IMG/VR virus record: IMGVR_UViG_3300031555_001542
Location: 1-64,000 of that record
Length of the DNA: 64,000 nucleotides
Source of the DNA: a virus
Taxonomy: Duplodnaviria > Caudoviricetes
Strand: one strand, 5' to 3'
Shown here: positions 19,352-28,706 of the stretch, piece by piece
Numbering within the stretch: position 1 is the first letter of the stretch
Layout: every line of letters begins with the position of its first letter
Made by a program: the position numbers and the translations under genes
The notes under the pieces: generated by a model
The model's database searches: none
Told to the model about the DNA's origin: nothing
What the model saw: only the letters and a program-made list of their open reading frames with translations

Positions 19352-19774
19352 TTATTTGACAAGCTTCAGTGCTCCACAGAATACTGCGGCGAGTCTGATA
19401 TTTCCGTTGAATTCATAGAATTCAAAATTATCTGCTGCTGAAACCATTTCATTGAAAAGTTCAATTTCCCTTTCATCACTGAGAATGATGGATGCTTCAA
19501 TGTTAGTACAGTCAACGTGCAGAATGAGTGCCCCAGTTTGTAATGGATCATCTACAATTTCCGTTATGTGGTCAGGAAAAAGTTCTTGTGCAATTTCCAA
19601 TGAGCGATAGACTTCTCTTATTCGCTTAGGATTTTGTACAAAAATCTTTTCCCTTTTGAGATGTGCACCGATTGCGTCAAGGATGTCATTAAATTCTTTA
19701 TCCAATAATAATCTCCTTTCCCTTATTTGGTGATAATAAGAAAGGGAGCACACCGAAGCGTACTCCCCAACCAA
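19352..19774 (-). CDS. Hypothetical protein (true start probably further downstream, near 19706)
   Basis: ORF track; the annotated 5' part overlaps a terminator. Confidence 0.6.
   Translation of the reverse strand: MVGEYASVCSLSYYHQIRERRLLLDKEFNDILDAIGAHLKREKIFVQNPKRIREVYRSLEIAQELFPDHITEIVDDPLQTGALILHVDCTNIEASIILSDEREIELFNEMVSAADNFEFYEFNGNIRLAAVFCGALKLVK
19736..19768 (-). terminator. Intrinsic terminator
   Basis: - strand GGGAGTACG-CTTCGG-TGTGCTCCC followed by TTTCTTATT. Confidence 0.7.
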
Positions 19775-19822
19775 AACCAGAAAACCACCACCACGAGGTT
19801 TCCCTTACTTATTGTAGCAGAT

Positions 19823-20332
19823 TTACTTCTGCTCGTCAAACTGGATTTCGTCGACTGCGTGCTTTGCGTCAACCAAATCGCAAGGGTGTACATAGCGATA
19901 CAGGCAAATTGCCTTAATCTTCATGCCTGCGTTGCACAGGTCACGAATGGTTGTATTGAAAGCCCTTTGGCCCTCTCTGAGAACATTGTCGGGGACGAAG
20001 CACTTCTCCTTTTCAATAGGATTTTCATTTCCCTTACTAGGTTCAGGCAGTTCATAGACAGTTGCCTTACCAGTGCACATTTCTACACGGGAACGCAGAG
20101 CCCAGCCATTTCCCTTAAGCCAGTCAAGCATGATGTTCTCAGGGAATCCGTTGAACCAGGTGTCAGAGCGAACGGGCATAGGAATCTTGGAGCCAATAAA
20201 GCTCCAACGGAAGCCTCTATCGGCACAAATATAGCTGTCATGTCCCTTAATTCGACCCATGCGCAACTGAAGCTTAGTTCCGTTGCTGTTCACCAGATTA
20301 AAGACAACACAGATGTCAATATTTTCTTTCAT
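19823..20332 (-). CDS. Hypothetical protein
   Basis: Start MKENID behind an AAGGAGG RBS. Confidence 0.7.
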   Translation of the reverse strand: MKENIDICVVFNLVNSNGTKLQLRMGRIKGHDSYICADRGFRWSFIGSKIPMPVRSDTWFNGFPENIMLDWLKGNGWALRSRVEMCTGKATVYELPEPSKGNENPIEKEKCFVPDNVLREGQRAFNTTIRDLCNAGMKIKAICLYRYVHPCDLVDAKHAVDEIQFDEQK

Positions 20333-20540
20333 TGAATTTTCCTCCTTAGTTTTTATTTCCCTTCTGAGAGCAAATGTTTTATTTCCCTTACGGGCCAAAA
20401 TCATTCATTTCCCTTCTGAGAAAGAGTATTGTTTTAACACTCCATTGAGCCTACCATGCACCACACATGATAGACTCTCACAATGTTAAACTCAAAACCA
20501 GAATGTCACCACCACATGACACTCCATGATGCCCACGAAA

Positions 20541-20837
20541 TTATTCATGGACATGAGCAGCGTCATCATTGCGAACAAGACTTACAACTTCATCGTCATA
20601 GATGTAGTTAGGTGTGTGATTGTCGTACATGAGCACAAAGACAGGCTCATTGTCATAGCTTGGCTCATCGCTGATGATATCCTGAGAATAGCCCCAAACA
20701 TTGCCATCCAGCGTGATAACCTCACCAGATGTGTAATAATGCCCAGGCGCAATGTACATCTCGGCCTCAACCTCAGGGGCAGGGCTACATCCAGACAGAC
20801 ATAAAGCTGCAAGTATTGTAATTAAAAGCTTCTTCAT
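20541..20837 (-). CDS. Lipoprotein
   Basis: MKK plus hydrophobic core and LSGC lipobox; GGAGG RBS. Confidence 0.75.
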   Translation of the reverse strand: MKKLLITILAALCLSGCSPAPEVEAEMYIAPGHYYTSGEVITLDGNVWGYSQDIISDEPSYDNEPVFVLMYDNHTPNYIYDDEVVSLVRNDDAAHVHE

Positions 20838-21344
20838 TGTTCATTCCTCCTTATATAACACTCCATGGCGCCCACAACAGCCTTAAGCCGTTGTGGACAC
20901 GAGCAATGTTATATGCTTGGCTCAAGTTTCAAAAATCCAAAAGCATTTGCCAGTGACCGTGTGCACCCAGTCCCGCATCTAATGCCCTCTTTCCAGTCAG
21001 CACTGTTGGCGCAGTGCCGTGTGAGCCGTTTTAGCCATGGGACGCCAATCCCATGGGGCATACTTATTCTGGTATGCCAGAGCCTAAGAGCCTAAGCCGC
21101 TCTCACTCTTTGCTGCATGGCTCAAGTTGTCATGCTAACTACACTCAAATCGTGCGGATATTGCGTCCAATTCTCAGACCATGCGAGCAACGCAATCTGC
21201 TTCATGGAATGTCTGGAGCTTATCCCAGACTAAGCAACTCATGGTGGGAGATGATAGCTTCCCATTAGCATACCCCTCACTAGGAGGGGCAGCGGCTTTC
21301 GGCGGGGCGCTACCCAGCACTCATCAGATGGGATAAACCCAGGC

Positions 21345-22172
21345 TTATTCAGCCTGGGCTTCGGGCTTGGGCTCCTCAGTAGCGGGAGCTTCAGCGGTAG
21401 TTTCCTCAGATTCCTCAGCAGAATCTTCAGCGATAGTTTCTTCCTTGAATACAGCAGTGCCGCCATAGGTGTTCTCGAACACGGCACCAGTTGCGAGACC
21501 GTTCAGCAGGGTCATCAGCAGGTCATCCCAGGTCTTGGAGTCCAGAGTCTTACCAGACTGTACGCCAGTCTTTTTATTGGCATACTTAATCATAGGATTG
21601 ATATGCTCATTCTTGACAACAAGGGCATTACCGCCCTTTTCGCCCTCGATGAAGCCCATATCATTGACCATGGCCTGAGTGAGTCTTCTCATCTGCTTCT
21701 TGTTGAAGCTGTGCTCATCGCCAGACTTGTCGAATGCCTGCCACTGGTCGATGATTTCAGCCTTGACAGCAGACATACGAGCCTGCCAGCCCTTGGGCAT
21801 CTTGAAGTTACGCTCTTCCAGCCACTTGATGAACTTGAGGATATTCAGGCTGGTATCTTTCTCATTGATAGAGAAGATGTCAACCTTTTTAACAGCACCG
21901 TCAACAACTTCATCCCCCAGGGACTTCTTCTTGCTGATGGTGTTGTAGGTGCAAGCCTTTGCAAGCGCCATGATGGGCAGAGATTCAGCCTTTGCAGCCG
22001 CATAAGCGGTCAGTAGGGACAGGCTGTTGTACTCCTTGAGCAGACCATCCAGCTCAGCCTCCATGGTGATACGCTTGCTCAGATCTCTCTCCTTATTCAT
22101 CTCGTCAACCTTGGCATTGGCCTCAGCCATGATAACTTCCAGAGTGCGACCCTTAACTTCATTGTTCTTCAT
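21345..22172 (-). CDS. Hypothetical protein with acidic C-terminal tail
   Basis: Start MKNNEV behind AAGGAG; CTG-rich codon use. Confidence 0.8.
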   Translation of the reverse strand: MKNNEVKGRTLEVIMAEANAKVDEMNKERDLSKRITMEAELDGLLKEYNSLSLLTAYAAAKAESLPIMALAKACTYNTISKKKSLGDEVVDGAVKKVDIFSINEKDTSLNILKFIKWLEERNFKMPKGWQARMSAVKAEIIDQWQAFDKSGDEHSFNKKQMRRLTQAMVNDMGFIEGEKGGNALVVKNEHINPMIKYANKKTGVQSGKTLDSKTWDDLLMTLLNGLATGAVFENTYGGTAVFKEETIAEDSAEESEETTAEAPATEEPKPEAQAE

Positions 22173-22255
22173 AATAAATACTCCTTTCGCCAGATAGGCG
22201 TGTAATAGATTTGTGGTGCTTTTCAAGCCCACATTAAAAGGCTGTGCAGATTGAT

Positions 22256-22465
22256 TTAGAATTTACGACGTTCAGAGCGAATACGCTCAATGTCGTTAAT
22301 AGTTAAGCGAATCAGTACACCAGTTTCAACCAGTATGTCCCGCTCTTTCCTGTCAACATCTCTCAGCATTTTTCTGATGCAATGAAATTCTTCTTCAGTC
22401 GTTGCGTGCGTGCACAGATAGTCCCATAAGTAAGTTCGGATGGTTTGCAATTCTTCAAGACCCAT
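22256..22465 (-). CDS. Hypothetical protein
   Basis: ORF with GGAGG RBS. Confidence 0.6.
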   Translation of the reverse strand: MGLEELQTIRTYLWDYLCTHATTEEEFHCIRKMLRDVDRKERDILVETGVLIRLTINDIERIRSERRKF

Positions 22466-23340
22466 TACAGTCCCTCCTTGTTACGCACAGCCCTTTAATG
22501 TAGGCTTGCCCGGTTACCCAGACAAGCCCACTATAGGAAACCCTAGCCAGTTGCCCAGCTAGGGCGGAGTATTCAATAAAGCATTCACGACTCTCCTCAA
22601 CCTTTCTACACTTGCTCAGCATCCATGCCATCCATAAAAACTTCAGGCTCCAGCTAGAATCCTCCATAAAAACTTCAGACTCATACACAAGGGTTGCCAA
22701 GCGTCGGCAGTCCAGTTAGGATCACCGCATAGGTCAGTCATTCTCGCCCAGTCCATTGCTTTGGACAAGGGTAGCACTAAGACCATGACCAGTATAGTCT
22801 TGCCTAGGATAGTTTGAGAGTGAGTCCTAAGCCCTCCCCATCCCGCTGATGGGTCACTTCTCGCCCTCCGGGGCAGACTGCCCCAAAGATTCCCGCTTTT
22901 GTCTGGTGCCGGTTCACCGTTCCACCCTCTCCCCGGCGGGGTGTCCGCCTTTACTGTTGTTTTCCGCCTTTGGTGCGGTGGCGGTGTTCGTCCGCCTTTG
23001 CGGGGGCTTTCGCTCCCGCTGTCCCGGGTTGGTTACCGGGCACACCTATATACACGAAAATAATAGGATTATAAGCGGTCAAAACAAAAAAAATTTATGA
23101 AATTTTTCCTGCAATATAGGGATCTCATTTTGCAAGGTTTCTTGCATTTTGTCTAGCCTATAAAAATAGTTGAAAATGGTAAATTTTCGTCGTATCGGTG
23201 GGTCTGGCCTCCGCTCCGGGGCGGGTCTGGTTGTGTTGTTTTTGGTATGTGCTTTTGTGGGGCTTCTGGTGGCCTTTTAACGGCCTTGTTTTCTGGTGGT
23301 GTGTTTATATGTCCGCTTTCGTCTGGCGGTTTAGGTACAA

Positions 23341-23378
23341 AAATAAAGCCCTCCCGGATTTCTCCGGGGGGGCTTTTG
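23341..23378. terminator. Intrinsic terminator after the 677-aa gene (possibly bidirectional)
   Basis: AAAGCCCTCCCGGA/TCCGGGGGGGCTTT stem flanked by A and T tracts. Confidence 0.7.
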
Positions 23379-23389
23379 TGGGTTGGGGT

Positions 23390-25423
23390 TTATGCAAATA
23401 CTGTGCGCTTTCCCGCTTCTGCGGTGTTGCGAATATGGGTTAAACGTTGGGCGGGTGTCCATGCGTTCCATACTTTGGCGGTGATGGTCACGGCTTCACG
23501 GCTTGCCCATTGTTCCCGGTGGGTCTGGCTTGCTGTCTTGGCTTCTTCGGCTATGGTCTGCAACTTATCCCGGCGGGCTTTCTGCTCCGCTTCTTTAGCC
23601 CGCATGATTTCGGCTTGTTCCTCGGCGGTTAGTCTGTCCATGAATACCAATGCTGAACGGGTAGCGTTTAGGGCGTTCCATGCGGTACGGGGCTTTTCTG
23701 CCCTGAGTTCCCGTCTATATTCCAGATAGGCTATGTTTGCCCCGTATCGGTTTAGATGTTCTGTCTGCTTGCGCTTCTTCTCGGCTTCGATGGCTTCAAC
23801 CTCTGCCGGGGTTAGGGCTTCCGGGGCTTCTCCGTCATTCCATTTAATAACGGGCTTGTGGTTGGTGGTCTGCTGTGCAAAAGTCTGCCATACTGCCACC
23901 ATGTCAACGGCTTTCCCGGTGTGCTGTGCGTGTCCTCTGTGGGTCTGCTTCATCAGCTTATCAAAGTCTATCTTTCCGGGGGTCAAGCTGTCCGGGGCTT
24001 CAAAGTATGCCTTGGTCATTCTTTTTATTATCTTCTTTTTTGCTTCGGCTTGGGCGGTGTCCTTATATCTCGCATAGGTCAAGGCATATTTCCATAGTGC
24101 GGTATCGTATGCACGCTCGGCGGTCTGCTCATATTGTTTTTTCATTTGGCGAATACTGCCGGGGCGGTACGGCTTTTTTCCCGCCTTGGCTCGGTCTGCT
24201 TGGAGTTTTGCAAGGGCTTCTTTGCCCTTGGTCAATGCTTCATTTCTGGCGGTTCTGGCGGTCTGTACGGCTTCCAAATGGAATAGTGCGCTGATAGCTT
24301 TTCGGGCTTGTTCGCCTAGATTGGCACGTTCTGCAAGGGCTATGACGTCAACCTTGTTCAATGTGGATTCTGTCACGGCTTCGGCGGTTCTTGGGTCACG
24401 TTCGCCCATTTCGTCAACGCTGTGGTGGGTGCGGATTGTGGGAACGTGTAACACTAAATACAGAATTGGATTTTCTGCGGGGTCTAGTCCTAAAGCGGTA
24501 GCTTTCTGGGCGGGTGTCTGCTCATTCCAAAAACGGATAGCGTGGGCTTTTGCGCTTAATGCCGGGTATGCTGTGCGGTATCCGCTGTGGGTGGTGGGAA
24601 TGGTTACATTCTCATAGTACCAGATACAAGAATCATTATAGCGGGCATAGTTGGCAATAATAGCCGGGTCAACCTTGGCGGGGTCTGTGTCCCGCTTGCG
24701 CTCGTGGGCTTCAAGTGTATAGAATCCTGTACAGCCTTTAGCGGTCTGTAACCATTTCTGACGGGGCCTTGCTCCGGGGTCAACGTTGTACCGGGTCATA
24801 TAATAGCGGGCTTCTGAGGTGCTTAGGGGCTTATAAATACAGTGCATACCGTCCACGGTTGTTACTGCGGTCATATTCTGAATATATTCTCGTCCCGCCT
24901 TGCACAACTCACCGAAAGCCTTTGCGGTCTGGCGGTCTGGGTTTTCTTTGATGGCTTGGAGTTCAATCCAAATTTCGTCCCTCATGTCTGTGGCTAGACT
25001 TGTCAATAACTCGTTGTTTTTGGCTTCGGCTTCTTGGGCTTCTGCTAGGTCATTATCTGCTAGGATGGTGTAATAGTTTAGATTCTCCTCGGCTTCTGCC
25101 CGGTCTGCTTCGGATATGCGTACACGCTTCAAAAGTTGGCGGGCGGTGTTAGCCTTGGCTCGTTCTTTCTTGGAAATGGTGCGCAGTTCGTCTGCCCGTT
25201 CTTGCCTGGCGGTTCTTGCTTCGCCCTCGATTAGGGTATCAAGATAACATCCTTTGATAATGTCCGCTAGTGCGTCACTATGTCCAGTACTGCGTAACAT
25301 AGCGTTTAGGTCAATGTGTCGAACGGCTTCACATAGTGCAAGTTCTTCTTCGATGGTGGGCAGTTCCCAAACGTTAACATACTGGGCTTTCTTGGTGGTG
25401 GTGGTGGTTTTCTGGTTTAACAT
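23390..25423 (-). CDS. Large Ala/Lys/Arg-rich hypothetical protein (677 aa) in a compositionally distinct block
   Basis: Start MLNQK behind AAGGAGG; no family recognised. Confidence 0.8.
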   Translation of the reverse strand: MLNQKTTTTTKKAQYVNVWELPTIEEELALCEAVRHIDLNAMLRSTGHSDALADIIKGCYLDTLIEGEARTARQERADELRTISKKERAKANTARQLLKRVRISEADRAEAEENLNYYTILADNDLAEAQEAEAKNNELLTSLATDMRDEIWIELQAIKENPDRQTAKAFGELCKAGREYIQNMTAVTTVDGMHCIYKPLSTSEARYYMTRYNVDPGARPRQKWLQTAKGCTGFYTLEAHERKRDTDPAKVDPAIIANYARYNDSCIWYYENVTIPTTHSGYRTAYPALSAKAHAIRFWNEQTPAQKATALGLDPAENPILYLVLHVPTIRTHHSVDEMGERDPRTAEAVTESTLNKVDVIALAERANLGEQARKAISALFHLEAVQTARTARNEALTKGKEALAKLQADRAKAGKKPYRPGSIRQMKKQYEQTAERAYDTALWKYALTYARYKDTAQAEAKKKIIKRMTKAYFEAPDSLTPGKIDFDKLMKQTHRGHAQHTGKAVDMVAVWQTFAQQTTNHKPVIKWNDGEAPEALTPAEVEAIEAEKKRKQTEHLNRYGANIAYLEYRRELRAEKPRTAWNALNATRSALVFMDRLTAEEQAEIMRAKEAEQKARRDKLQTIAEEAKTASQTHREQWASREAVTITAKVWNAWTPAQRLTHIRNTAEAGKRTVFA

Positions 25424-25436
25424 GGTTTTTTCCTCC

Positions 25437-25577
25437 TTAATTGAATAGAACAAAAATAGCGGTGAAAATGGCGGTTGCTGTGGCGGTCAATGCGATGGTT
25501 GCTAGTTGTGTCAATGCCCGCCGGGTTAACTGTGCCGGGGTCATAGCTCCGGGATTAACTGGGATTCTGAATTGCAT
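25437..25577 (-). CDS. Small membrane peptide (46 aa, MQFRIPVN...IFVLFN)
   Basis: AAGGAGG RBS, hydrophobic C-terminus, first ORF after the promoter. Confidence 0.6.
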   Translation of the reverse strand: MQFRIPVNPGAMTPAQLTRRALTQLATIALTATATAIFTAIFVLFN

Positions 25578-25629
25578 TTTTTATTCCTCCTTTTGTTCGA
25601 TTATTGCCGGGGCGGTTGCCCTCATGGAT

Positions 25630-25658
25630 ATTTTATCATAGCTGTAAATGGTTTGCAA
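25630..25658 (-). promoter_or_regulatory. Sigma-A-type promoter (leftward)
   Basis: TTGCAA-N17-TAAAAT with extended TG. Confidence 0.65.
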
Positions 25659-26266
25659 GTATCAGTTTTCCGGAATAGGCGGGAAAATACATATTTTTTC
25701 GCCGCTTTTCTGGTGTGCCGGGGGTGCTTAAAACTGCGGACATACCAACATTTTTCCCCGGGTGGCCTAAGTGGTTTATTTTCAAACTGACTCAAAAATA
25801 TTCGGTTTTTTTATTTTGAGCCAAATCTACATCATAACATCAACAAACACAAAAAACAACCTCAAAACACACTAAAAAACCATCGCAAAACCACAGCAAT
25901 CCATTATAAAAAAACCACATTTTTATACCCAAAATTACCACCTAAAAACCACAATCAACAAACCACCCTAACCATAACAACATATCAAAATCACCAATAA
26001 ATCACTATTCATTTCCAGTAAAACCTTAACGGCACCTAAATAACATAATCCCATTCGCACCTAAAAAACCACACACATACCAACCAAAACAATTAAAACC
26101 CTCCAAAAACACCAGGCATCCATTACTAAAATATCCGCACCCAATAGGGGGGTACTTTCAACTATTTCATAATCACTCATATATATAACCTATACCCTAG
26201 ACTCAAGCGCCGTAAGGCTTATAAGCAGGCTGCGCCGCATCAACTTTTCTCAATTGCACCATACAC

Positions 26267-26295
26267 TTGACAAAATCAAATTTATAGTATATACT
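26267..26295 (+). promoter_or_regulatory. Sigma-A-type promoter (rightward)
   Basis: TTGACA-N17-TATACT. Confidence 0.75.
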
Positions 26296-26328
26296 AACAG
26301 CACAAAATTAATGCCAAGGAGGTGCACA

Positions 26329-26652
26329 ATGTTCAACTTTCAAATTCACTCATCAATAATGTACGCTTTAAACAATCACAACAATCTACTCCCAAGCCCC
26401 CGCTTAACATTCCTAGATGGCGCAATACTATGTCTCGCCAAATCATTCTATGAAACAGATCGCAAGCTCTACATGTCCAATAAAGAGCTCAGCAAACTAT
26501 TCCTCTCAGACCCATGCACAATTCAGCGCTCAATAGATCGCCTAGTTGCAGCAGGGCTAATCTCCAAAGAAAAAGAATACATTGCCTCAAAACAACGCCG
26601 CTATCTCACCTATAAACCAGACGCCGTAGGCAACCTTTTAAACCTAGTGTGA
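26329..26652 (+). CDS. Winged-helix protein resembling the N-terminus of phage replication initiators
   Basis: YMSNKELSKLF..TIQRSIDRLVAAGLI HTH; AAGGAGG RBS. Confidence 0.7.
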   Translation: MFNFQIHSSIMYALNNHNNLLPSPRLTFLDGAILCLAKSFYETDRKLYMSNKELSKLFLSDPCTIQRSIDRLVAAGLISKEKEYIASKQRRYLTYKPDAVGNLLNLV

Positions 26653-26880
26653 ATTGCAGTGTCAATTGCATTTTGCAACTCAGTGTCAGTTGCAATTTGC
26701 AACTATATAATACTAATATATATTTATAATACTAAGTTAAATACTCGTAATGCTTCGCATTACTCGTATTATATAGATTTACTTTAAATTATATATAATA
26801 TATATAAATATAATAATTAATATAAATAATAATACTTATTAATAATCATAATAATAATTATATTAATATATATAATAACA
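26645..26880. other. Putative replication origin: iteron-like repeats plus AT-rich unwinding tract
   Basis: CAGTGTCARTTGCAWTTTGCAACT twice (26657-26680, 26681-26704) plus a partial copy, then a near-pure AT run. Confidence 0.55.
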
Positions 26881-26898
26881 CTTCAAATCAACTACTAC

Positions 26899-26926
26899 TT
26901 GACAAATGGAAAATATATGCTATAAT
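26899..26926 (+). promoter_or_regulatory. Sigma-A-type promoter
   Basis: TTGACA-N16-TATAAT with extended TG. Confidence 0.75.
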
Positions 26927-26973
26927 ATACGCAGTAACAGTACAAAATTAATGATTATAAAGGAGAAAATTAC

Positions 26974-27123
26974 ATGCTTGATATTTTGCTAGTATTCATT
27001 GCGCTCAAATGGACTGGCGCAGTAGATTGGTCCTGGGGCATCGTCTTTATCCCCGTTTGGGTCTCATTGATCGAAATCATTGCAGGTCTAATGTGGGCAT
27101 GGTGGTCAGACTTAGATCTATAA
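26974..27123 (+). CDS. Small membrane protein (49 aa)
   Basis: AAGGAG RBS; LKWTGAVDWSWGIVFIPVW pattern of a common phage TM family; below the ORF-track cutoff. Confidence 0.65.
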   Translation: MLDILLVFIALKWTGAVDWSWGIVFIPVWVSLIEIIAGLMWAWWSDLDL

Positions 27124-27262
27124 TAAACAATACAAAATTAATTGTGAGCTATGCAGCGCCTCTCTGCGCCAAGATAAATATTTTCTTGATTACTTTTTTC
27201 GTTTAAAATAAAAGGCTCTCAGAAAGGCTTCTATGGGCTCACACAAGAAAGGATAAAATAAC

Positions 27263-27505
27263 ATGTTAATACTTGGTGGCGGCGCAAATTACGAAGAGTA
27301 TGTACAACATCCAGTTCTGGCAAAACATTTTGATCTAATAGAAAACATTACATACGACAGAGTTTTTGGTGTTTTCCATGATGAAGAAAATGGATTTTGG
27401 ATCGAGGAATGTTGTGATAACTACTTTACGCATTCTCTAACAAAAGAAGAATGTTTAGAACTATCTGAGATGTTTAAAGAGATTGCAGGCGTGTTGAGCG
27501 AATAA
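27263..27505 (+). CDS. Hypothetical protein
   Basis: ORF with RBS. Confidence 0.65.
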   Translation: MLILGGGANYEEYVQHPVLAKHFDLIENITYDRVFGVFHDEENGFWIEECCDNYFTHSLTKEECLELSEMFKEIAGVLSE

Positions 27506-27529
27506 AATACGAATTTTATGAGGTAGTAT

Positions 27530-27901
27530 ATGGATTGTCCTAATTGTGAAAAGATAATGATAGATAAATCATATTGGCACTATGGCATTGGCAGTTGGGA
27601 TATGGATTATCCAGATGTGTTACACGAAGAACACTATTGCAAATGTTGCCGTATTAAATATGTAAATGGCGAATGGTTTATTCCAGATGAAATTGGACGA
27701 GCTACATATAAACAAATTAGGTGTGCAAATTTTATTTGTAGAGAGCTGGGAATAAGTTTTGAACCAATACTAAAAACAAAAACTTGGGAGTTTATAAATA
27801 CTTATCTTGATGCAGCAAAACAGAATAACAAACAAAGAAGAGATAATGATTTTCGAGATTGGTGTGAAGATAATGCTTATTGGCTTCCAGAGTATTTTTA
27901 A
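27530..27901 (+). CDS. Hypothetical Zn-ribbon protein
   Basis: CPNC..CKCC. Confidence 0.7.
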   Translation: MDCPNCEKIMIDKSYWHYGIGSWDMDYPDVLHEEHYCKCCRIKYVNGEWFIPDEIGRATYKQIRCANFICRELGISFEPILKTKTWEFINTYLDAAKQNNKQRRDNDFRDWCEDNAYWLPEYF

Positions 27902-27937
27902 CATAATAAAAAATAGAGTTTTAAGAGGTACAAAAAA

Positions 27938-28438
27938 ATGAGTGTAGTAGTATGTAAGATTTACAAAGATAAAATTGAAATGGCTTCCGACTCCATTGTT
28001 GTTAAAGGATGGACAAAGGTTAACAATGCACAAAATAAAATTGTAAAGATGATGAAGTATAATGACATGATTATTGGTGGATGTGGCAATGCAGATGAAA
28101 TTAGTTTGTTCTTTCACTATATGAAGACTCACACCATCGAAAATATGGACGAGAAAAGCGTGCTGGATTTTGTCATCGAATTTAAAAGATGGAAGAGTGA
28201 TTTAACTGGCGACAATAGTTTTGTTAATCCATATATTATTGCGTATAAGGGAAAGGTATTTGGAATTGAAGGTATGCTAGTATTTCCTATTGATGACTAT
28301 TATACAATTGGTGCAGGCCAAGATTATGCAAGTGGCGCATTGTATATGGGAGCAACTCCAAAAGAAGCTGTTAAGGCTGCATGTGAATTGTGTGCAATGG
28401 TATGTGAGCCAATTATATGTGAGTCAATCCCTAGGTAA
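27938..28438 (+). CDS. Ntn-hydrolase, HslV/proteasome-beta-like peptidase
   Basis: N-terminal Ser followed by a beta strand, MASDS, IGAGQDYASGAL, A.KAACE. Confidence 0.7.
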   Translation: MSVVVCKIYKDKIEMASDSIVVKGWTKVNNAQNKIVKMMKYNDMIIGGCGNADEISLFFHYMKTHTIENMDEKSVLDFVIEFKRWKSDLTGDNSFVNPYIIAYKGKVFGIEGMLVFPIDDYYTIGAGQDYASGALYMGATPKEAVKAACELCAMVCEPIICESIPR

Positions 28439-28465
28439 TAAAAATAGAGTTTTAAGAGGTAGTGC

Positions 28466-28702
28466 ATGGAGAGAGTATACTTAGCAAAGCCCTATAACAT
28501 AAAAGATTGTAACGACTGTAAATGGTTAAACATAACAGAAAATGAACAGCAACTGGGGATTAAAAAGGGTTATCATGTCTGCAAATATTACCAACAAAGA
28601 CTAAAACATAGGACAAGTAGAATTGAACATGATTGGTTTATCTATCCGTGTGACGAATGTTCTAAAGATAATTTTGCTAATTACAGTGTAAAGGTGTGGT
28701 AA
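28466..28702 (+). CDS. Hypothetical Cys-rich protein
   Basis: ORF after a junction motif. Confidence 0.6.
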   Translation: MERVYLAKPYNIKDCNDCKWLNITENEQQLGIKKGYHVCKYYQQRLKHRTSRIEHDWFIYPCDECSKDNFANYSVKVW

Positions 28703-28706
28703 AAAT

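Larger units (their letters stand above)
18448..20415. repeat. Cluster of co-oriented (A)TTTCCCTT motifs
   Basis: Copies at about 18448, 18870, 18969, 19261, 19464, 19647, 19716, 19798, 20027, 20108, 20355, 20381 and 20407. Confidence 0.7.
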
